64,000 bases of DNA, from contig DATMHR010000025.1 in assembly GCA_035554955.1 (NCBI GenBank), positions 5,663-69,662 on the forward strand, read 5' to 3'. Below, in pieces: positions 40,436-51,470 of this stretch. Each line of letters begins with the position of its first letter. Within the stretch, counting starts at the first letter, position 1. The DNA is from Nocardioides sp. Its GTDB lineage: Bacteria > Actinomycetota > Actinomycetes > Propionibacteriales > Nocardioidaceae. Made by a program: the position numbers and the translations under genes. The notes below the pieces were generated by a model. The model saw only the letters and a list, made by a program, of their open reading frames with translations. It made no database searches and had not been told where the DNA came from.

Positions 40436-41650
40436 ATGTCGAGGAAGCGTCTGGGGCGGCTGCAGCGCGCAGCGACGATCGTGCCGCTGGCCCTGCTGTC
40501 GATGGCGTGGACGGCGAGCGTGTACGGCATCGGAGGGATCCACTCCCCCATCGCCGCCGCCGAGGAGAGCCCCGCGGTCAGCCAGGACGTCAGCGTGCCG
40601 AAGGAGGCCCTCGACCAGGAGGCCAGCGTCTCCGACGTCGGCTCCATCGCGGGCGTCGACGGCAACGGCGCCGGGATCGTCAACGCCGCGTCGACCAACG
40701 ACATCCCCTCCGCCGCTCTCGCCGCCTACCAGCGCGCCGAGACCGTGATCAACTCCGCCGACAAGTCCTGCCACCTCACCTGGCAGCTCGTCGCCGCGAT
40801 CGGCCGGGTCGAGTCCGACCACGGTCGCTCCAACCACAACGTGCTCGACGACGACGGCATCGCCCGTCCCGGCATCTACGGCAAGCCGCTGACCGGCAAG
40901 CGCGGCCTGCCCAAGATCAGCGACACCGACGCCGGCCAGCTCGACCGGGACAAGAAGTGGGACCGCGCGGTCGGCCCGATGCAGTTCATCCCGTCGACCT
41001 GGTCGGTCGTGGGCGTGGACGCCGACAACGACTCGCAGCGCAACCCCCAGGACATCGACGACGCCGCCCTCGCGAGCGCCGTCTACCTCTGCTCCGGCAA
41101 CGACGACCTCTCGACGGTCACCGGCCAGCGTGCCGCGGTCTACCGCTACAACCACAGCCAGCGCTACGTCGACCTGGTCATGTCGGTGATGGAGGCCTAC
41201 CTCGAGGGCGACTTCACCGCGGTCCCCAACAACACCACCGCGGCCGGCTACCTCGTGCCGAACAACGACTACTACTACAACCCGGGCGGCTCGCTCCCCA
41301 GCTCCAGCGACTACAACACCGACGCGGGCTCGGGCGTGACCACGACCGACGAGACGACGACGCTGCCGGGCACCGACACGACCGACCCGGGCACCGACCC
41401 CGGCACCACCGACCCGGGCACCACGCCGGGCACCGGCGCCCCGGACCCGGGCACGACGCTCAACGACACCGTCAACGGCGTCAAGGACACCGTCGACCAG
41501 GCCACCGGCCCGGTCACCAACCTGCTGCAGGGTGTGCTCGGCGCGCTGGCCCCGAGCGACGTGAAGGCGGCGTGCAAGGACGCCTACCCCAACCTGACCC
41601 AGGTCCTGCAGTACACCAACTGCGTGCTGAGCTACGGCCTCAACCCGTAA
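40436..41650 (+). CDS. Secreted lytic transglycosylase (SLT/MltB-like) with Pro/Thr-rich tail
   Basis: AAIGRVESDHG, AVGPMQFIPSTW, YNHSQRY; DPGTT repeats. Confidence 0.88.
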   Translation: MSRKRLGRLQRAATIVPLALLSMAWTASVYGIGGIHSPIAAAEESPAVSQDVSVPKEALDQEASVSDVGSIAGVDGNGAGIVNAASTNDIPSAALAAYQRAETVINSADKSCHLTWQLVAAIGRVESDHGRSNHNVLDDDGIARPGIYGKPLTGKRGLPKISDTDAGQLDRDKKWDRAVGPMQFIPSTWSVVGVDADNDSQRNPQDIDDAALASAVYLCSGNDDLSTVTGQRAAVYRYNHSQRYVDLVMSVMEAYLEGDFTAVPNNTTAAGYLVPNNDYYYNPGGSLPSSSDYNTDAGSGVTTTDETTTLPGTDTTDPGTDPGTTDPGTTPGTGAPDPGTTLNDTVNGVKDTVDQATGPVTNLLQGVLGALAPSDVKAACKDAYPNLTQVLQYTNCVLSYGLNP

Positions 41651-41664
41651 GCGACATCGCCGAG

Positions 41665-41697
41665 TCGGCCCGTCCCTGCAGCGAAGGGGCGGGCCGA
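41665..41697. terminator. Hairpin between convergent genes
   Basis: TCGGCCCGTCCCT-GCAGCGA-AGGGGCGGGCCGA. Confidence 0.7.
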
Positions 41698-41704
41698 TCC
41701 GCGT

Positions 41705-42685
41705 TCAGAGCAGCCCGGCCGCCTCGACCGCCCAGTAGGTCAGGATCACGTCGGCGCCGGCCCGCCGGATCGACGTGAGCGTCTCGAGGATCGCCTGCTC
41801 CCGGTCGATCCAGCCGTTGGCCGCCGCGGCCTCGACCATCGCGTACTCGCCGGAGATGTTGTAGGCCGCCACGGGCACGTCCACGGCGTCGCGGACCTGC
41901 CGGATGACGTCCAGGTAGGCCAGCGCCGGCTTCACCATCACGATGTCCGCACCCTGCTCGACGTCGAGCACCGCCTCCCGCACGCCCTCCAGGGCGTTGG
42001 CGGGGTCCTGCTGGTAGGTACGCCGGTCGCCCTGGAGGCTGGAGTCGACGGCCTCCCGGAACGGCCCGAAGAACGCGGAGGCGTACTTGGCGCCGTACGC
42101 CAGGATCCCGGTGTCGGTGTGGCCCGCCGCGTCGAGCGCGGCCCGGACCGCCGCGACCTGGCCGTCCATCATCCCGCTCGGCCCGACCAGGTCCACGCCC
42201 ACGGCGGCCTGCGCCACCGCCATGTCGGCGTAGCGCTCCAGGGTCGCGTCGTTGTCGACCGCGCCGTCCGCGGTCAGCACCCCGCAGTGCCCGTGGTCGG
42301 TGAACTCGTCGAGGCACAGGTCCGCCATGACCACCACGGCGTCCCCCACCTCGGCCACCACGTCCGCGATGGCGACGTTGAGGATCCCGTCGGGGTCGGT
42401 CGCCCCCGACCCGGTCGCGTCCTTGGTCTCCGGGATCCCGAACAGCATCACCCCGCGGATCCCGGCCTCCGCGGCCTCCACGACCGCCTTCCGCAGCGTC
42501 TCCCGCGAGTGCTGCACGACCCCCGGCATGGACGAGATCGGCCGCGGCTCCGCCAGCCCCTCCCGCACGAACAGCGGCAGCACCAGCTGCTCGGGCCGCA
42601 GCGACGTCTCCCGCACCAGGTCCCGCAGGGCAGCAGTACGCCGCAGGCGACGCGGCCGGATCACAGGACGCTCGATGTGGGCCAT
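41705..42685 (-). CDS. hemB: Porphobilinogen synthase
   Basis: [34 protein letters not shown]. Confidence 0.97.
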   Translation of the reverse strand: MAHIERPVIRPRRLRRTAALRDLVRETSLRPEQLVLPLFVREGLAEPRPISSMPGVVQHSRETLRKAVVEAAEAGIRGVMLFGIPETKDATGSGATDPDGILNVAIADVVAEVGDAVVVMADLCLDEFTDHGHCGVLTADGAVDNDATLERYADMAVAQAAVGVDLVGPSGMMDGQVAAVRAALDAAGHTDTGILAYGAKYASAFFGPFREAVDSSLQGDRRTYQQDPANALEGVREAVLDVEQGADIVMVKPALAYLDVIRQVRDAVDVPVAAYNISGEYAMVEAAAANGWIDREQAILETLTSIRRAGADVILTYWAVEAAGLL

Positions 42686-42708
42686 GGCCCCATCATCCCC
42701 TCTCCGAT

Positions 42709-42843
42709 GGTCGAGTAGGCCGAGCCGTCAGGCGAGGCCGTATCGAGACCACCGCTCTCCTCCGCAGAAGTGAAGCCACCGGTGTTTCGACGCGGCCGTC
42801 GCCCGGGCTCGCAGGCTCGCCCGAGCGGGCCTTGCTCAACCTC
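42709..42843. repeat. Intergenic inverted REP-like doublet
   Basis: GGTCGAGTAG-GCC..GGC-CGTATCGAGACC at 42709-42750, plus a degenerate inverted copy (minus strand GGTTGAGCAAG-GCC...GGC-CGCGTCGAAAC) at about 42781-42843. Confidence 0.75.
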
Positions 42844-42875
42844 GGCGCCGGGACGTAGCCCGGGCTTCGCCCGGT

Positions 42876-44501
42876 CTACTCGGCGCCGACCTTGCGCCTA
42901 CGCCCGGACGGCTTGCGGTCCGACGGCTTCGTGACCGGCTCGCCGGCCTCGACCAGCGCCGCCCGCCGCGCCGCACCGAACGCGGCGAGCGCGTCCACGA
43001 GCACGTCCACATCCGGCTTCTCCGCCATCACGTCGACCCGCAGGCCGTGCTCCTCGGCGGTCTTCGCCGTCGCCGGGCCGATCACCGCGATGATCGTCGA
43101 CGGGTGCGGCTTGCCGGCGATGCCGACCAGGTTGCGCACCGTCGAGGACGAGGTGAAGACGACCGCGTCGAACTTGCCGGTCTTGATCGCGTCGCGGGTC
43201 GGCGCCGGCGGCGGGGCCGCACGCACGGTGCGGTAGGCGGTGACGTCGTCGCACTCCCAGCCGAGGTCGACCAGCCCGGCGACCAGGTTCTCGGTCGCGA
43301 TGTCGGCGCGCGGCAGGAAGACCCGGTTGATCGGGTCGAGCAGGTCGTCGTACTCGGGCCACTCCTCGAGCAGGCCCGCGGCCGACTGCTCGCCGGACGG
43401 GACCAGGTCGGCCCGCAGGCCCCAGTCGGCGATGGCCGCGGCAGTCTTCTCACCGACCGCGGCGATCTTGAGGCCGGAGAACGCCCGGGCGTCGAGGCCG
43501 TACTCCTCGAACTTCTCACGCACCGCCTTCACCGCGTTGACCGAGGTGAACGCGATCCACTCGTAGCGGCCCTCGACCAGGCCGCGGACGGCCTTGTCCA
43601 TCTGCTGCGGGTTGCGCGGCGGCTCGACGGAGATCGTCGGCACCTCTTCCGGCACGGCGCCGAAGTGGCGGAGCCGGGTCGCGAGGGAGGCCGACTGCTC
43701 CTTGGTGCGCGGCATCAGCACGCGCCAGCCGAACAGCGGCTTGGTCTCGAACCAGGAGAGGCTCTCGCGCAGGTCGACGACCTTGCCGATGACCGTGACC
43801 GCCGGCGGGGCGATCCGGGCGGCGCGCGCGTCGGCGGCGATGTTCTCCAGCGTCGAGGTCACCGTCGACTGCGCGGTGGTGGTGCCGACCCGGGTCATCG
43901 CCACCGGGGTCTGCGGCGAGCGGCCCGCGGCGACGAGCTCCTTGGCGATCTCGCCGATCTGGCCGACGGCGGAGAGCAGGACCAGGGTCGGGGTGTCGAC
44001 GTAGCGGGTCCAGTCGACCTTCTCGCCGCAGGTGACGACCGCGACCTCGCGGTGGTCCTTGGTGGTCAACGGGATCCCTGCGTACGCCGGCACGGCACTC
44101 ACCGACGATACGCCGGGGACGACCTCGAACGGGATGCTCGCCTTGGCGACGGCCTGCGCCTCCTCGGGGCCGGACGCGTAGACGAACGGGTCCCCGGCCA
44201 GGAGCCGCACGACGCGGCCGCCGCGCTTGGCGTGCTTGACGACGACCTTCGCGCGGGCGGCGTGGGTCAGCGGCTGGCCGTCCTCGCCGAACCCGCCGTC
44301 GACCACCTCGACCTCGGCGTCGCCGCGGAGGGCGGCGATCAGGCCGGCGTGCTCGGGGGCCTCGGTGATGAGGACGTCGGCGTCCTCGATCAGCCGCAGC
44401 GCCCGGACCGTGAGGAGGTCGGGGTCACCGGGACCGGTGCCGACGAAGGAGACGCCTCCGACGGTGGCGGTGGGGGCAGCCTGGGCTGTCTTGCGCGTCA
44501 T
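42876..44501 (-). CDS. hemD: Bifunctional uroporphyrinogen-III C-methyltransferase/synthase
   Basis: N-terminal [12 protein letters not shown]; HemD domain with FTSVNAV and FTSSSTV. Confidence 0.93.
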   Translation of the reverse strand: MTRKTAQAAPTATVGGVSFVGTGPGDPDLLTVRALRLIEDADVLITEAPEHAGLIAALRGDAEVEVVDGGFGEDGQPLTHAARAKVVVKHAKRGGRVVRLLAGDPFVYASGPEEAQAVAKASIPFEVVPGVSSVSAVPAYAGIPLTTKDHREVAVVTCGEKVDWTRYVDTPTLVLLSAVGQIGEIAKELVAAGRSPQTPVAMTRVGTTTAQSTVTSTLENIAADARAARIAPPAVTVIGKVVDLRESLSWFETKPLFGWRVLMPRTKEQSASLATRLRHFGAVPEEVPTISVEPPRNPQQMDKAVRGLVEGRYEWIAFTSVNAVKAVREKFEEYGLDARAFSGLKIAAVGEKTAAAIADWGLRADLVPSGEQSAAGLLEEWPEYDDLLDPINRVFLPRADIATENLVAGLVDLGWECDDVTAYRTVRAAPPPAPTRDAIKTGKFDAVVFTSSSTVRNLVGIAGKPHPSTIIAVIGPATAKTAEEHGLRVDVMAEKPDVDVLVDALAAFGAARRAALVEAGEPVTKPSDRKPSGRRRKVGAE

Positions 44502-45508
44502 GCGTTGTGCACCTCTGCAGATCCGGCGTCGTGAGCGGGCTCTTCGGGGGAAGCGGTCGTTGGGTCGGCGTCGAGGCTGCCGGCGCCTTCCGCCAGCAGC
44601 TCCTCGGCCAGCTCGGCGCCGAGCGCCGCCGCGGCGGCCTCGTCGCGGAGCGGGGCGGACGCGGAGCGGCGTACCGCCAAGGCCCCGTCGGTCGAGAGCA
44701 CGACCGCGCGGAGCCAGATCTCGGGGCCGTCGTCGCCCTCGGCGACCTCGGCCAGCACCCCGATCGGGGCGGAGCAGCCGCCCTCGAGCGTGGCGAGGGT
44801 GGCGCGCTCGGCGGCGACCGCGGCGCGGGTGCCGGCGTCGTCGAGCTCGGCGAGCCCGCCGGCGAGCGGGTCGCCGTCCCGGCACTCGACCGCCAGCGCG
44901 CCCTGCCCGGGCGCGGGCAGCATCTGCAGCGGGTCGAGCACCTCGGTGACCTCGTCGAGCCGGCCGAGGCGGGCCAGGCCGGCGCGGGCGAGCACGACCG
45001 CGTCGAGCTCGCCGGAGCGGACCTTGCCGACCCGGGTGTCGACGTTGCCGCGCACCGCGACCACCTCGACGCCGAGGCCGAGCGCCTCCAGCTGGGCGGC
45101 GCGCCGCGGCGAGCCGGTGCCGACCGTGCTGCCGACCGGCAGCTCCCCCAGCGTCAGGCCGTCGCGGGCGACGACCACGTCGCGCGGGTCCTCGCGCGGG
45201 GGTACGGCGGCCAGGGCGATCCCCTCGGCGGGCGAGGTCGGGAGGTCCTTCAGCGAGTGGACCGCCACGTCGACCTCGCCGGCCAGCAGCGCGTCGCGCA
45301 GGGCGTTGACGAAGACACCGGTGCTCGAGCCGACGAGCGAGGTGCCCGCGGCCTGGGTGCGGTCGCCCTCGGTCGTGATCTCGACCAGCTCGGTGGCGAC
45401 GCCGAGCCGCTCCCGGATCAGCGCGGCGACGTGCTCGGACTGGGTGGTCGCGAGCGCACTGCGACGGGTGCCGATGCGCACGGTGCGGGTCTCGGTCGGC
45501 GCGCTCAC
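44498..45508 (-). CDS. hemC: Hydroxymethylbilane synthase
   Basis: [33 protein letters not shown]. Confidence 0.96.
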   Translation of the reverse strand: MSAPTETRTVRIGTRRSALATTQSEHVAALIRERLGVATELVEITTEGDRTQAAGTSLVGSSTGVFVNALRDALLAGEVDVAVHSLKDLPTSPAEGIALAAVPPREDPRDVVVARDGLTLGELPVGSTVGTGSPRRAAQLEALGLGVEVVAVRGNVDTRVGKVRSGELDAVVLARAGLARLGRLDEVTEVLDPLQMLPAPGQGALAVECRDGDPLAGGLAELDDAGTRAAVAAERATLATLEGGCSAPIGVLAEVAEGDDGPEIWLRAVVLSTDGALAVRRSASAPLRDEAAAAALGAELAEELLAEGAGSLDADPTTASPEEPAHDAGSAEVHNA

Positions 45509-46806
45509 GACGATCCCTCCTCGGGGACCATCGGCCGGGTCACGGCGTCGACGGCCTCCTGGTCGAGGGAGAACAGCTCGCGCAGCGCCTCGGCGTAGGA
45601 CACGGCGCCGTCGTCGTTGGCAAGCTCCTTGATCCGCACGGTCGGCTCGTGGAGCAGCTTGTCGGCGACCCGGCGGACCGTGTGCCGGATCTCGGTGAGG
45701 TCGCGCTCGTCGAGGCCGGGCAGCCGGGTCTCGAGCCGCGCCATCTCGGCGTCGACGACCGAGGTGGCCATCGAGCGCAGCGCGACCACGGTCGGCGTGA
45801 TGCTCGACTGCCGGCGCGCGGTGAGGAACGCGGCCACCTCCTCGGCCACGATCCGGCGCACCTCGTGCACCTCGCCACTGCTGTCGGAGCCGTGCAGCGT
45901 CTCGGCGAGCTGGACCAGCCCGACCAGCGTCACTCCCGGCAGGTCGCGCACGGCCGGGTCGACGTCGTGCGGCAGGGCCAGGTCGATCACGGCCAGCGGG
46001 CGTCCGTCGGGGCGGGCGGCAGCGACCAGGTCGCGGCCGATGAGCGTGCCGGCGGACCCGGTGCAGCTGATCAGGAGGTCGGCGCGGCCCATCTCGGCCG
46101 CGAGGTCCTCGAGGCTGGCCGCGCGGGCGTCGTACTGGGCCGCGAGCCGGTGGGCCCGGTCCTCGGAGCGGTTGAGGACGACGATCTCCCCGGCGCCGAG
46201 GCGCCGTACGGTCGCGGTCGCGAGCCCGGCCATCGCACCGGCGCCGACCACCACGACCCTCTTGCCCGCGACCGACTCGGTGCTCGCGGCCTGGTCGAGC
46301 GCCGCGCTCACGAGCGTGGGGGCGACCTGGTCGATGCTGGTCTCGGCGCGCGAGCGCTTCCCGACGCGCAGCGCCTGCTGGAAGAGCACGTTGAGCGCCG
46401 AGCCGACGGTGCCGAGCTCCTGGCCGCGCCGCAGCGCCTCGCGGGTCTGCCCGAGGATCTGGCCCTCGCCGACGGCCATCGAGTCCAGCCCGGCGGCGAC
46501 CTGGAACAGGTGCGCGATCGCGCCGTCGTCGTAGTGGACGTAGAGGTGCGGCAGCATCGCCTCGGTCTCCGACCCGGCACGCTCGACGAGGAGACGCGAG
46601 AGCGACTCCACGCTGCCGTGGAAGCGGTCGACCTCGGTGTAGATCTCGAGCCGGTTGCAGGTGGCGATCACGGTCGCCTCGGTGACGTGCTCGCAGTGGG
46701 CGGCGTCGGTGACCAGCTTCTGCACGCCGTCGTCGTCGAGCGCGACCCGCTCGAGCAGGGCGACCGGTGCGGAGTTGTGGGAGATCCCCACCACGAGGAC
46801 GCTCAC
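45505..46806 (-). CDS. hemA: Glutamyl-tRNA reductase
   Basis: [26 protein letters not shown]. Confidence 0.96.
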   Translation of the reverse strand: MSVLVVGISHNSAPVALLERVALDDDGVQKLVTDAAHCEHVTEATVIATCNRLEIYTEVDRFHGSVESLSRLLVERAGSETEAMLPHLYVHYDDGAIAHLFQVAAGLDSMAVGEGQILGQTREALRRGQELGTVGSALNVLFQQALRVGKRSRAETSIDQVAPTLVSAALDQAASTESVAGKRVVVVGAGAMAGLATATVRRLGAGEIVVLNRSEDRAHRLAAQYDARAASLEDLAAEMGRADLLISCTGSAGTLIGRDLVAAARPDGRPLAVIDLALPHDVDPAVRDLPGVTLVGLVQLAETLHGSDSSGEVHEVRRIVAEEVAAFLTARRQSSITPTVVALRSMATSVVDAEMARLETRLPGLDERDLTEIRHTVRRVADKLLHEPTVRIKELANDDGAVSYAEALRELFSLDQEAVDAVTRPMVPEEGSS

Positions 46807-47501
46807 AGAGCCGCTCCTTCCACAGGCGGCAGCGCGGCACCGGCGGCGTCGTGGGCCTTGCGCTGCTCGTGGTAGGCGAGGATCTGCAGCTCGATCGACA
46901 GGTCGACCTTGCGCACGTCCACGCCGTCGGGCACCGACAGCACCGAGGGCGCGAAGTTGAGGATGCTGGTGATGCCGGCGGCGACCATCCGGTCCGCGAC
47001 GTTCTGGGCCGACACGGCCGGCGTCGCGATGACGCCGATGGCGACGCCGTGCTCGGCGACGATCGCCTCCAGGTCGTCGAACGGTCGTACGGCGACGCCC
47101 GCCACCAGCTCGTCGTGCAGGTGGGGGTCGGCGTCGAGGAGCGCGACGACGCGGAAGCCCCGGCTGCGGAACCCGGAGTAGTTGGCGAGCGCGTGGCCCA
47201 GGTTTCCGATGCCGACGATGACCACGGGCCAGTCCTGGGTCACGCCGATCTCGCGGGCGATCTGGTAGCGCAGGTAGTCGACGTCGTAGCCGACCCCGCG
47301 GGTGCCGTAGCTGCCGAGGTAGGAGAGGTCCTTGCGGAGCTTCGCGCTGTTGACGCCGGCCGCGACGGCCAGGTCCTCGCTGGAGCAGGTGCGGATGCCG
47401 GACTCGGCGAGAGCGGTCAGTGCGCGCAGGTAGACGGGCAGACGGGCCACCGTCGCCTCGGGGATGACCCGGGCCGTCTCGCTCGAATTCCGCGCGGTCA
47501 C
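46803..47501 (-). CDS. rex: Redox-sensing transcriptional repressor Rex
   Basis: [42 protein letters not shown]. Confidence 0.96.
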   Translation of the reverse strand: MTARNSSETARVIPEATVARLPVYLRALTALAESGIRTCSSEDLAVAAGVNSAKLRKDLSYLGSYGTRGVGYDVDYLRYQIAREIGVTQDWPVVIVGIGNLGHALANYSGFRSRGFRVVALLDADPHLHDELVAGVAVRPFDDLEAIVAEHGVAIGVIATPAVSAQNVADRMVAAGITSILNFAPSVLSVPDGVDVRKVDLSIELQILAYHEQRKAHDAAGAALPPVEGAAL

Positions 47502-47578
47502 AGCTCCACTTTCCAGCCGCGCCGTTCCTGGTTTCGCCGAGCGTGTCAGCGTGGGCGCGACGAGGTCAGCGTAGGAGT

Positions 47579-47596
47579 TTGTGAACGTGGGAACAA
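47579..47596. promoter_or_regulatory. Degenerate Rex operator upstream of rex-hemA
   Basis: TTGTGAA-CGTG-GGAACAA; one perfect half-site. Confidence 0.55.
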
Positions 47597-47663
47597 AATG
47601 GCGGAGGGTGGGCTATCACACGTCCCGCGGCGCCCGGCAGCGCCCTCCCGTTCGATCCGCCCG

Positions 47664-47900
47664 TCACCCCAGGGCGCGGCGGAGGCGGTCCGGGGAGACC
47701 CGCCAGAAGTCGTGCTGCCGGCCGTCGACGAAGGTGACCGGGATCTCGTTGCCGAAGCGCGCCTCAAGCTCCGGATCACCGGCGATGGAGACCTCCTCGT
47801 AGGTCTCGCCGGTCTCGGCGCACACCGCCTCCACCACCGCGCGGGCGTCGTCGCACAGGTGGCACCCCGGACGGGTGTAGAAGGTGACCCGCGCGCCCAT
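47664..47900 (-). CDS. Glutaredoxin-like protein (DUF836)
   Basis: YTRPGCHLC and EIPV motifs. Confidence 0.9.
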   Translation of the reverse strand: MGARVTFYTRPGCHLCDDARAVVEAVCAETGETYEEVSIAGDPELEARFGNEIPVTFVDGRQHDFWRVSPDRLRRALG

Positions 47901-49486
47901 CAGAGGAGGTCTCCCCCGACCCGGCGGCGCTCGGCGCCGCGCAGGCGGCCCTTCTGCACCTTGCCGGTCACGGTGCGCGGAAGCGCCTCGACCACCTCGA
48001 TCCGCGCGGGGTTCTTGAACCGCGCCAGGTTCTGCTCGCAGGCCGCGGCGACCGCGGCGCGCAGGGTCTCAGCATCGGCGGCGGGGTCGTCCGGGACGAC
48101 GTACGCGACGACCGCCTCGCCCGTCTCGTCGTCCGGCACCCCGATCACCGCCGACTGCCGCACGCCGGGCACCACGTCGAGGACGGCCTCGACCTCGGTC
48201 GGGTAGACGTTGAACCCGGAGACGATCACCAGCTCCTTGACCCGGTCGACGAGGAACAGGTCGCCGTCGTCGTCCAGGAAGCCCACGTCGCCCGTCGACC
48301 ACCACCCGTCCGCGTCGGGCCCGCCGCTGCCGTCCGGCCAGTACCCGCTGAAGAGGTTGTCGCCCCGGACCTGGATCTCGCCGGGGTCGTCCGCGGTCGC
48401 ACCGCCGAGCGGGGTGCCGTCGTCGTCGACCAGCCGCAGCTCGATCCCGTCCAGCGCGGCGCCGACCGACCCGGCCTTCGGGTGCTCCGAGCGCAGCGTG
48501 CTCGTGACGACCGGGGCGGCCTCGGTGAGCCCGTAGCCCTGGTGCACCGGGATGCCGGTCTGGTCGGCGAACCGCCGGATCGTCTCCGCGGAGAGCGGTG
48601 CGGACCCGGAGAGGACCAGCCGCACCGGCCCGAGCCGCTCGGCGAGCGCCTCCATGTCGCGCCAGTAGGCGAAGACCGGTGGCGCGACCGGCACCACGCT
48701 GCAGGCCTCGTCCTCGATCAGGTCGAGCGTGCCCTCGCGGTCGAACCGCTCGGCCAGGACCAGCTTGGCCCGGTGGCGCAGCACGCCACCGAGCACCGCG
48801 TTGAGCCCGTAGACGTGGAACAGCGGGAGCACCCCGAGGACCACGTCGTCGCTGTGCATCATCGGCGGCTCGACCGCGGCGACCTGCTCGATGTTCGCGA
48901 GCAGGGCGCGGTGGGTGAGCATCGCCGCCCGCGGCCGGCCGGTCGCACCGCCGGTGTAGAGCAGGACGGCGAGCTTCTCCGGGTCGGGCAGCGGCGGGAC
49001 GTGGCGCACCGTGGAGGCGCGGAGGTGGTCGTAGGAGCGCTCCCCCGGCTGGAGGGTCGCGCCGATGACGACCACCCGCGGCGGGCTGAGCGGCGCACCC
49101 TCGCCGTCGTACTCGGTCATGGCCGCCACGGCCTCGCGCACGGCGGTGACGGTGTCGGGGTCGGCGACCACGAGCCGGGTGCCGGAGTCGACGACCATCC
49201 GCGCGAGCTCGACCGCCGTCGAGCCCGGGTTGACCGGCACGGCGACGGCCTGGGCCCGCAGGATGCCGAGGTACGTCGCGACGAACTCCAGCCGGTTGCC
49301 GGCGGCGATCATGACCCGGTGGCCGGCCACGATGCCGGCCGCGCCGAGACCGCTCGCGATCCGGTCGACCTCCGTGTCGAGCTCGGACCAGGTCAGGCCG
49401 CGGCCGCCCGCCTCGACCACCGCGAGCCTCTCCGGCTGCTCGGCGGCGGCGACGGCGACCAGGTCGGCGACGTCGGAGAGGGGCAT
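47900..49486 (-). CDS. Long-chain acyl-CoA synthetase (AMP-binding)
   Basis: LPLFHVYG, QGYGLTEA, TGD, SGFNVYPTEVE, GKVQK. Confidence 0.9.
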   Translation of the reverse strand: MPLSDVADLVAVAAAEQPERLAVVEAGGRGLTWSELDTEVDRIASGLGAAGIVAGHRVMIAAGNRLEFVATYLGILRAQAVAVPVNPGSTAVELARMVVDSGTRLVVADPDTVTAVREAVAAMTEYDGEGAPLSPPRVVVIGATLQPGERSYDHLRASTVRHVPPLPDPEKLAVLLYTGGATGRPRAAMLTHRALLANIEQVAAVEPPMMHSDDVVLGVLPLFHVYGLNAVLGGVLRHRAKLVLAERFDREGTLDLIEDEACSVVPVAPPVFAYWRDMEALAERLGPVRLVLSGSAPLSAETIRRFADQTGIPVHQGYGLTEAAPVVTSTLRSEHPKAGSVGAALDGIELRLVDDDGTPLGGATADDPGEIQVRGDNLFSGYWPDGSGGPDADGWWSTGDVGFLDDDGDLFLVDRVKELVIVSGFNVYPTEVEAVLDVVPGVRQSAVIGVPDDETGEAVVAYVVPDDPAADAETLRAAVAAACEQNLARFKNPARIEVVEALPRTVTGKVQKGRLRGAERRRVGGDLL

Positions 49487-49577
49487 GCCTCGATCCTAGG
49501 AGAAACCTCGCGCCGCCTCTCCCGGACGGGCCACCGGGCCCCGGGAACCGCCCGCCGGGAAGCACTACGCTGACCGC

Positions 49578-50468
49578 ATGCCCGCGCACGCCGACCGCAG
49601 CCGCCGGATCGACCTGCGGCAGCGCTCGACGCTCGCGGGCGAGGCCGCTGCCGCCGTCGCGGAGGTGGAGACGGCGCTCGCCCAGCCGAGCGACCCCGCG
49701 GCCGCCGCCTTCTTCGACGTCGACAACACCGTCATGCAGGGCGCGAGCATCTTCCACCTGGCCCGGGGGCTCTACCGGCGGAAGTTCTTCACCACCCGCG
49801 ACATCCTCGGCGCGGCCTACAAGCAGGCCTACTTCCGGATCGCCGGCGTGGAGGACCCCGAGCACGTCGCCGAGGCCCGCAACTCCGCGCTCGCGTTCAT
49901 CGCCGGCCACACCGTGACCGAGCTCGAGGAGATCGGCGAGGAGATCTTCGACGAGGCGATGGCCCACCGGATCTGGCCGGGCACCCGGGCGCTCGCCCAG
50001 ATGCACCTGGACCAGGGGCAGCGGGTCTGGCTGGTGACGGCCGCGCCGATCGAGATCGCCTCGCTCATCGCCCGCCGGCTCGGGCTCACCGGGGCGCTCG
50101 GGACCGTCTCCGAGCACGTCGACGGCGTCTACACCGGCCGGCTGGTCGGCGAGATGCTGCACGGCCCCGCGAAGGCGGAGGCGATCAAGGCGCTGGCCCA
50201 GCGGGAGGGCCTGGACCTGTCCCGCTGCTCGGCGTACTCCGACTCGGCCAACGACCTCCCGATGCTCGGTCTGGTCGGGGACCCTTGCGCCATCAACCCC
50301 GACCCCAAGCTGCGCGCCTACGCGCGGGAGCACGGCTGGCGGATCCGGGACTACCGGACCGGCCGCAAGGCCGCGCGCGCCGGGCTGGTGCTCGGTTCCG
50401 CGGCATCCGGTGCCGCCGTCGCCGGGCTCGTCGCCCGCCGGCAGGTGCAGCGCTATCTGCGAGGTTGA
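49578..50468 (+). CDS. HAD-IB family hydrolase (SerB1/Rv0505c-like)
   Basis: FFDVDNT and [10 protein letters not shown]. Confidence 0.9.
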   Translation: MPAHADRSRRIDLRQRSTLAGEAAAAVAEVETALAQPSDPAAAAFFDVDNTVMQGASIFHLARGLYRRKFFTTRDILGAAYKQAYFRIAGVEDPEHVAEARNSALAFIAGHTVTELEEIGEEIFDEAMAHRIWPGTRALAQMHLDQGQRVWLVTAAPIEIASLIARRLGLTGALGTVSEHVDGVYTGRLVGEMLHGPAKAEAIKALAQREGLDLSRCSAYSDSANDLPMLGLVGDPCAINPDPKLRAYAREHGWRIRDYRTGRKAARAGLVLGSAASGAAVAGLVARRQVQRYLRG

Positions 50469-50511
50469 TCACCCTTTACCTGCGAATCGGTACCGCTCGG
50501 CCCCGATCCCA

Positions 50512-50540
50512 CGTAACATCGGCCGCCGGGGGAACGTAGA
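50512..50540 (+). promoter_or_regulatory. BldN-type promoter upstream of the sigma gene (possible autoregulation)
   Basis: CGTAAC-N17-CGTAGA, 11 nt before the ATG. Confidence 0.55.
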
Positions 50541-50551
50541 GGGGGTCGTTC

Positions 50552-51343
50552 ATGACCGGGGAGAGAGACGTGTTCGCGCTGGGCCTGGAGGCCCTGCGCG
50601 CTGCCGTCGTCTCCGTCCTCCAGGACTCCCTCGCTCCCGCTCCGCTGGCCCTGGCCGGCGCCCCTGCCGGTGCCGGGCGCCCCGCGCCTGTCGGCTGGCT
50701 GCTCAGCGAGGCGGCCGACGAGGGCTTCGCCGGCGGGTCCGGTGGCTCCCAGACCGACGCGCGCCTCGCCGCGTCGTCGGAGGACTCCCCCGAGGAGCGC
50801 GAGCGCCTGATCGGGCTGGTCGAGCTCGCCCGCAACGGCGACGCCGAGGCGTTCGGGATGCTCTACGACCACTACCAGGCCTCGGTCTACCGCTTCCTCT
50901 ACTACCGCACCCGCTCGGTCGTGGTGGCCGAGGACCTGACCTCGGAGACGTTCTTCCGCGCCCTGCGCAACGTGTCGTCGTTCCGCTGGCAGGGCAAGGA
51001 CTTCGGCGCGTGGCTGATGACCATCGCCCGCAACCTCGCGACCGACCACTTCAAGGCCGGTCGCACCCGTCTCGAGCTGACCACCGAGGACATGGGGCAG
51101 CACGACGACACCACCGAGGGGCCGGAGACGGCGGTCCTCCAGAGCCTCACCAACGAGATCCTCCTCGAGGCGCTCACCAAGCTCCCGAACGAGCAGCGGG
51201 ACTGCCTCGTTATGCGCTTCCTCCAGGGCCTGAGCATCGCCGAGACCGCCGCTGCGCTGGGCCGCAGCGACGGGGCGATCAAGCAGCTCCAGCTCCGCGG
51301 CGTGCGCAACCTCGCCAAGCTGATGCCGGAGGGGATTCGATGA
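50552..51343 (+). CDS. ECF RNA polymerase sigma factor, BldN-like, with N-terminal extension
   Basis: AEDLTSETFFRALR..WQGKDFGAWLMTIARN; LQGLSIAETA..GAIKQLQLR; order HAD-sigma-DUF5667 as for Streptomyces bldN. Confidence 0.88.
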   Translation: MTGERDVFALGLEALRAAVVSVLQDSLAPAPLALAGAPAGAGRPAPVGWLLSEAADEGFAGGSGGSQTDARLAASSEDSPEERERLIGLVELARNGDAEAFGMLYDHYQASVYRFLYYRTRSVVVAEDLTSETFFRALRNVSSFRWQGKDFGAWLMTIARNLATDHFKAGRTRLELTTEDMGQHDDTTEGPETAVLQSLTNEILLEALTKLPNEQRDCLVMRFLQGLSIAETAAALGRSDGAIKQLQLRGVRNLAKLMPEGIR

Positions 51344-51353
51344 GCCGGCTCGC

Positions 51354-51382
51354 CGTAACCTCCGCGGCCCGGGCCTCGTTGA
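51354..51382 (+). promoter_or_regulatory. BldN-type promoter upstream of the anti-sigma gene
   Basis: CGTAAC-N17-CGTTGA. Confidence 0.7.
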
Positions 51383-51470
51383 GCCGGACAGCGACCTCTC
51401 GGGCTGGGCGCCCGTGGGAGCGCACCCAGGCAGACCTTTCTCTCCCCCTAGAAACGCGAGGGCAGACGCC

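Noticed and set aside
41365-41455. DPGTT-coding repeats as a mobile element
   Set aside because: Ordinary in-frame low-complexity Pro/Thr/Gly linker of a secreted protein
44498-44580. Element insertion in the HemC C-terminal tail
   Set aside because: Codon usage is somewhat atypical, but no palindrome or repeat match was found
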